Assembly (NCBI GenBank): GCA_900617105.1 | Contig: UYFQ01000466.1 | Location: forward strand, 1-37,703 | DNA length: 37,703 nucleotides | Origin: Hydrurus foetidus | Taxonomy: Eukaryota | Direction: 5' to 3' | Shown here: positions 31,536 to 37,703 of the stretch, in pieces | Numbering within the stretch: the first letter of the stretch is position 1 | How the letters are laid out: the number at the start of each line of letters is the position of its first letter | Notes under the pieces: model-generated | What the model saw: the letters and a program-made list of their open reading frames with translations, nothing else | Databases searched by the model: none | Told to the model about the DNA's origin: nothing | Translations under genes and position numbers: made by a program

Positions 31536-32332
31536 ATCAGTTGATCGGGGACGATCACAGAGGTCGCAGGAGGCCAAGAGCACAAGCGACCAGGCGAAGA
31601 AGTTTGAGAGTTGAGTATCGAATATTCGTTAAGAATTAGAAACTAAACACATGCGAATTGAAAAGACGTCGCATGATGAACATCATTCTACCTGCCGCAA
31701 GTCAATAAGATCTCATTCGTCATCGATTTCAGATTTGAATTTGAACTCGTAGATATAAGCCTACGTTGACGAGCGACGAGATATACTTCAAACCACACAT
31801 CACACATGGAAAAGTTCTCGTACCCTCATACCATAAAATCTGGAATCTATACTAAATATGCGGTCATGAACCCACAACAATGACACTATACATGATACGA
31901 TAAGCATTGAGGAAGCGACTTAAAGTGATCATTGTATGTAGTTACGAACTGCATATATGTACTTACGTATGAGATATTCCTAGCTACATATTGATGATTA
32001 TAACGGCTATATACAGCTATAAATAGCACTTATCGCTGATATAAGCTGACACACCCCGTAATCATCAATCGATTATCGGACACACCCCGGAATTTTCAAT
32101 TCGTCTTTTGAATCATTTGATATCATTAGACTTCATAAATACTACAATAATAAACTATTCTACAAAATGGCGAAGCCATATGAATGAGAAAGTGGTATCT
32201 TGAGCTCCATCGTCTTGGTCTTGAAATCTTTGAAACCGAGAAGTTCATATTATATATAAACTTAAAATCGCTTGTAACTTTTATTTTGAATGTCTTAACT
32301 TTTAAATTTTTTTTTTTTTTTTTTTAGAAACA

Positions 32333-35300
32333 CTACTTATTGTTATTTCTTGCTTTTACGACACGTAAAGATTTATCAATTATTTCATTAGTCAACTTAT
32401 CAAATATTTGTTATGTGACTCGTTTTGTTCCAATATCTGAATTATTTTCGGCAGATGTTATTTTAACTAGTACACATGTACCATCGGCGTATTTTTCTTT
32501 AAGGAAATTTTCTGTTAGGTCAAGATGACGTAACCCTCTTGTCATATGTGTTACAACTGAAGCATCCACACATGCTTTATTATCTTCTTCAATTACTGTT
32601 GGAGATTGTGTCCAACCCATTTGATTTAACATACCACGATTTGCAATGACTTCACTGCTTTTATTTCTGATTCTGCTGTAGATGTTGATATACTACCTTG
32701 ATCTATTGAACACCAACATATTAATGCGTCACCCAAATACCCAAGGTATGAGGTTTGCGAATGTAGAGTGTCAGGATTACCAGCAAGGTCTGCATCACAT
32801 TGAAATCTTAATTGCAATATTCTTGTCATTGTTGAAATGTCTCGTGGTCCATCATGAGTTTTAAACATTAATCGATCATTTTTGGAATATTTAACATATC
32901 TAAGTAAATGTTTAGCAAATTCAATATGACGAGGTCCTGGGTTATTACCATAGCGGGATAATACATTGAGTGCGTACATTATGGCAACCAAAGTATGTAC
33001 TACACCGTACATTAATTGACCCACGATTCGTCGGTAAGGAAATTTACTGCATTCTGATAATTGTGCTGGATTTGCATTGTCTAATTTTGAGAGACTGAGT
33101 TTATCTAATGGGTATGGCAATGTTTCGTCTTTAGCGTTTTTCATTCCAATTCCATCGACAATGTCTTCGACCATTCTTGTTTGATCAATGAAATAATTAA
33201 AGTTTTCATCGCAAGTAATAAGAATGCCTACAAATTCTTTGTCAGTGCAGTCAGTTACTTTGTATTTATGGTTATTAAAACTTTTGAGCAATAAATCCCA
33301 TTCTGCAATATCTTTTAAACCACCAAACCATCGGAAATCATCACTATGAGCCATTAACAATAGTATTCTGTCATCGATCCATTTGTAAAATAGTTTCAAA
33401 TCCCATGGTGTATTTTGATATCCACACTCCATTACACATTTGTCAAATTCTATACTAAAATTTTGACCGGTTGTTGGAGTTCCGTATAAATTGCCAATGG
33501 ATTGTATGCACATCCCGAAAGATATTTTGTAACCTTCAGGAGTTCTTATAAATATTGGGTAATCTTTATTTGCGCGTGTTACTAAATAAGCACCCTCTAA
33601 ATCGCCACCCCGCATTGTGAGTTTATAATTTGCAGCGATAGCAAGGCAAATCTTAATAGAACAAGCACAAACATTTCCACAATAAACTTGGTCAGGATGG
33701 AAATGAACCCAATGTTGCATTAGATCACCACGGCCAACAAGTCTAGCTTTAAAAGTACCATCAGTTTTAATACTAAAAAGCCATACATTGATACTAATTG
33801 TTGACCATTAAAAGGAACAACAATAAAGCAATCATTTTTGGCGAATTTCTCACATTCTTTATCAATGGCTATTTTCCACGCTGGAATTTGAATAGCTTGT
33901 TTAAAAGATTTAGGAATTCTAGGATCAACTGGTACACCTAATTTTGAATAATGCTGTGATTCACACATTACTTTTGCATATTCATCATTCTTTACTTGAA
34001 GACTATACCAATAGACTGGTTCATTTTGATCATCAGTGTATGGCATATTGACAATATTAATATTTTCGTTATTGACATCTTCAGATGGGATTGGCGTATG
34101 TTGTTCTTTTTCACATGGAGGAGCGAGGACTTGAGACCGTTCAGGAAAGTCAGGTTCAAAAGTATCTTCGACTATCTCAACATGTGGTTCAGCTAATTCT
34201 CCTTGTAATTCTAGAGGAGCAGCTGGTCGGTGTAGGAAAGGGACATAGTGATCTGTATTAACAAATTCACGGTCATAAGGCTCTTCGTCATCAACATAGA
34301 TCTTAAAGTCTATGGATGGATCAAAGATGACATCTTTACTTTCACGTACTTTACCGTACTGACCATTTGAATATGGTAGTACAAAGTAATTGGGAAACAA
34401 GAGAAATGTGTTGGAATAACCGACAAATCGAGCTTTATATGCTCGGCGACTACCCAACTTAACTCTGTCTGCTAGTGGTATAAACACATAACATGATGCC
34501 CAAAACGGTTGCAAGTATTTGATATTTATGGGTTGGCCTGTTATTTTCATGTATGGTGAAGTTCCTATGACAGTACTGAAATTGTATGATGCTGTGTCAC
34601 ATGCATACTTCATAGCTAAATCCCAGAATGATTGAGGCACAGGAATATCAGGGCTTAACATTGCGACGTTAGTTTTGGCAACAATGTGTCCAACTGCGCG
34701 CTCAGCAATACCGCCGGCATGTTTGTCACGTGCCGGTGTACGTTCGAGGCTGTAACCCTTGGAGGAGGCGAATGCGAGGAACTCGAACGACTTATAGTTG
34801 CGTTCAGGGTCTACTCGAATGAACCGACGAGTGTCAGTATCATGAACATATTGCCATTCTGGGTGTTGACAGAAGAGTTTATTGCTTTGTTCACATAATT
34901 CATGTGCTGATCTATCCTTAGTGAAGACTGGATAACTACGACGTGTAGCTATATCAGTGTATATATCACAATACTTGTATCCACGTGTGGAATATGAAGT
35001 ATGAGAATAAGCATCGAGTGTGAAGCATTGTCCAGGTTTAGTAGGAAGATCGCGATGCTCTCGTCTGTGATCGGTAGGTGTTTGATGCATCGTACCGTAT
35101 ACACAACCTTTGCATGCACCCCGTTGTTTGGACGCATCTTCCTCGGAGTATTTTGCTCCCGTGGAATTTTTGAGATGCCAGGCCATGCCTGCATTACCGG
35201 GATGTCCGGTTACCATATGAACATGATCATACAATGAAACAGGTTTAAACTGAGTCAGGTATAATTGTAATGGTATTGTAGTCGTCTTATGAATAGACTT

Positions 35301-36468
35301 ATTAAGAGGGATAACTTGATTGGAAATAGGCATTTTGAGATGTCGGATTTATAGGAGGAACTTGGACTGTATTATTGACTGGTCCATTATTGTAGTTATC
35401 ATCAGGACCCTTATAGACATAGACACCATTGGATAAGAATCCACGAACTATTTCCTTTCCATGATCATGCATGAGTTGCATAGGGTGACGTACGCTTGCT
35501 ATTGTAAAACAACGTAATCCTTCCGATGTAATGAAGACACCATTAGGTTCACCGGATATACCACCATGACATAATTCGGATATTGATATTAGAGTTTCTT
35601 TCATTCCTGGCATTAGTATAATGTCTAAACCAAGGGGGCCATATTTGCCGGAGGCTTGGGAAGTAACTGGTGGACCAAAAGCTGGAGTAGCCTTGACACC
35701 ATTACCGTAGACTATATTATCAATCAACGAAGCATCAGACGTAGCACATGTAGAAGCACCAGAATCAAAAATAATTTGATGAGGTGTTTGTTTTATAGCT
35801 TTAAGATGAGAATTGGTACGAAGAACGTTCAGATTATAATAGTAATCGAACAAAGTCGTATCAGGAGTTTCAGGAGTAATTATATGATATATATCGGGAG
35901 GGACATGTACTACTTCTGGTGGAGGAATTTCTTCAATTATGGGTAGTACTATATTTTCAATTTCATTATCATTATTAATTTCATTATGAATTTCATTTTC
36001 AAAGTTTATTTGCTGTTGAGCCTCATTAAGAAAGTTGTCAACTTGAATGTCATCATGGGCTTCTACAGGTGTTTCATTGGGATCATCAACTGTTGAATCA
36101 GTGTCATAATTCTCAAATCTACGTCTTTCTGCAGCATTATTTTCTTCTGTAGCAGTTACAGCATTGAACATATCATCAGCTAGATTTCCGTCAGGGAACT
36201 GACGATCTAGAGACATGTCAATCAAATTGTTGGTAAAAACGTCACGAGGGCCATCACGGTATCCTTTGAGTGGATAATAGGTTACCGGGTAAGGTTCAAT
36301 GTTCCAGAGGAAAGATCTGGGATCTTGGTAATACACGACTTCGAAAGGATCTGTGGACTTGTAAGGGGAGGTATTAACTAAAGAAAGAATATCAGGAATA
36401 TAGGTAGGAGTAGAGATAAGAAGTATTTGTGTAGGAGAGGAGTGTGGAGTTTCATGCATTTTGGACAC
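32333..36468 (-). pseudogene. Copia pol: protease, integrase, RT, RNase H (several frameshifts and a stop)
   Basis: IFDSGAS; H..GH..CKGC, TLDAY, RVDPE, GIAER; GDLEGAYL, NLYG, AHSDDF; CDADLAG, STAESE, EDNKAC, SDIGTK. Premature TAA at 32411-32413; the frame ends at 32333. Confidence 0.92.
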
Positions 36469-36510
36469 TTTTTCATTATTTTGTTCATCGGAATTAATTG
36501 ATGTGTCTTG

Positions 36511-37338
36511 TTATGTTTGGTCGATTGACTCTTTTCTTGCACTATTTACTGTATCATATTTCCTTTTTGTATATTTTGACATCGTTTCTATTAACATGTT
36601 TCGATACCGTTGGTTACGTTCTTGAGGTGTTTCTGGATTATTTTCGTCATCATCACTAATATTCTTGGACCATTTATTCATGACTTCTTGTTCATCGTCA
36701 CTTAACTCAACAGGTTCAACGTCACTGTGGAAGTAGTCGTTGAGGTCGTTATCACTTTGAAGTCGAGTTAACGTTTTACAATATGCATCATAGTCGATGA
36801 TACGACGTTCGCCAATAAGAGCAGGAGACTCATATACTGGATCAGGTCGGTATACCGGACGAGATGGTGGGGGAATGGGGCTAGGGATGTAGACACGATC
36901 TGAAGGGGAGAGAACAGGACTAGGCTCACTTTCAGGGCCGCTGTCACTACCACTACTAGTATCATCTTGCCTGTTATTATCATCATAATCGTACTGTTGT
37001 AAACCACGTGGACTTGTGTGGGATTCGTGACGTATCTGATCTGATGGTTCATTTGCTAAACTTGGAGAATCTGCTCGCGAGTAAATGACTCTAATTAGGG
37101 ATTTATTTCTAGGGCGAAAGCTAGTACCATCTATAGGACGTTCCTGAACGGATAGGCATTCATCAACTTTTTTCGTTAATGTGGAGGATAGGGCACGTTT
37201 GATAGGATCTTTGATGGGTTTAATTAACCGGGCAATGAGAAGAAGAGTTTCTTTAATCCCATTATTACAGAATGTAGGTTCTGTTTGTGCTTCGATGTCA
37301 TTTAATAGAAAACGACGAAGGAAATCTTCCTTACGCAT
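36511..37338 (-). other. Acidic/proline-rich ORF upstream of the copia protease, function unknown
   Basis: 275-aa ORF on the same strand as pol; no CCHC knuckle visible. Confidence 0.45.
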
Positions 37339-37703
37339 TGTAGACTAATAACCCAAGTGTTGACCGGCAAATGCCATGAAGTCAAGTATAACAGCATGTA
37401 GCACCGTGTAAACGAACAACATGTTATGATTAACAGTATTGTGATGAGCACTCTACTCGAGTCGTCGAATGATTTCAACATATTCACTCACAGTAGTCAT
37501 CTGAGACCAGAAATGTCCGATGCGAAGTGAAGTGAGATAGCACTCTCTGCTGGCAGCATAGGGGTTGAATGTCATAAAGTGCCGTGATGAGGCCACTTTT
37601 TCAGCAGAAGGAAGGATGACTATCGATTGCATTAATGTAGATGCAATACAGTACATCAGATGCATCCATGGACTGTACGATCACGTATGTCCTTTACGTT
37701 TAC

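Larger units (their letters stand above)
31881..37703 (-). mobile_element. Ty1/copia LTR retrotransposon, decayed, with its 5' end outside the window
   Basis: PR-IN-RT-RH order on the minus strand. PPT GGGGTG is followed by TGTCAG at 32051. The far LTR boundary (31881) is a guess. Confidence 0.88.

Overview
Eukaryotic, transposon-dense window. The spliceosomal introns and element types suggest a stramenopile-like protist, which is an inference. Only two host genes are evident: a two-exon VASt/StART-like lipid-transfer membrane protein (1486-3044, +) and a two-exon mitochondrial ribosomal protein uL29m/MRPL47 (3490-4015, -). The rest is a multi-layer nest of mobile elements. A decayed Ty1/copia 3' end with LTR occupies 1-1179. 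A PIF/Harbinger-type DNA transposon appears to span ~4191-29452. Its left terminus carries two tandem TIR elements, a 613-bp foldback element and a pogo/Tc5-like DD35D element. Its body is split by two chromodomain Ty3/gypsy retrotransposons. Gypsy-1 (~8038-14900) has an intact gag-TAG-pol, a CCCH finger in Gag, an IFDN RT motif and an antisense ORF resembling a papain-like Cys-His-Asp protease. Gypsy-2 (16698-28779, 207-bp LTRs) contains a complete second Harbinger with TAA TSDs and a truncated antisense LTR element. Further right are a purine-pyrimidine microsatellite, a third related LTR and a decayed copia element on the minus strand. The most unusual signals are the non-canonical features of Gypsy-1 and a palindrome in place of a tRNA primer-binding site behind three LTRs. 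All domain calls come from motif recognition by eye, not from database searches.
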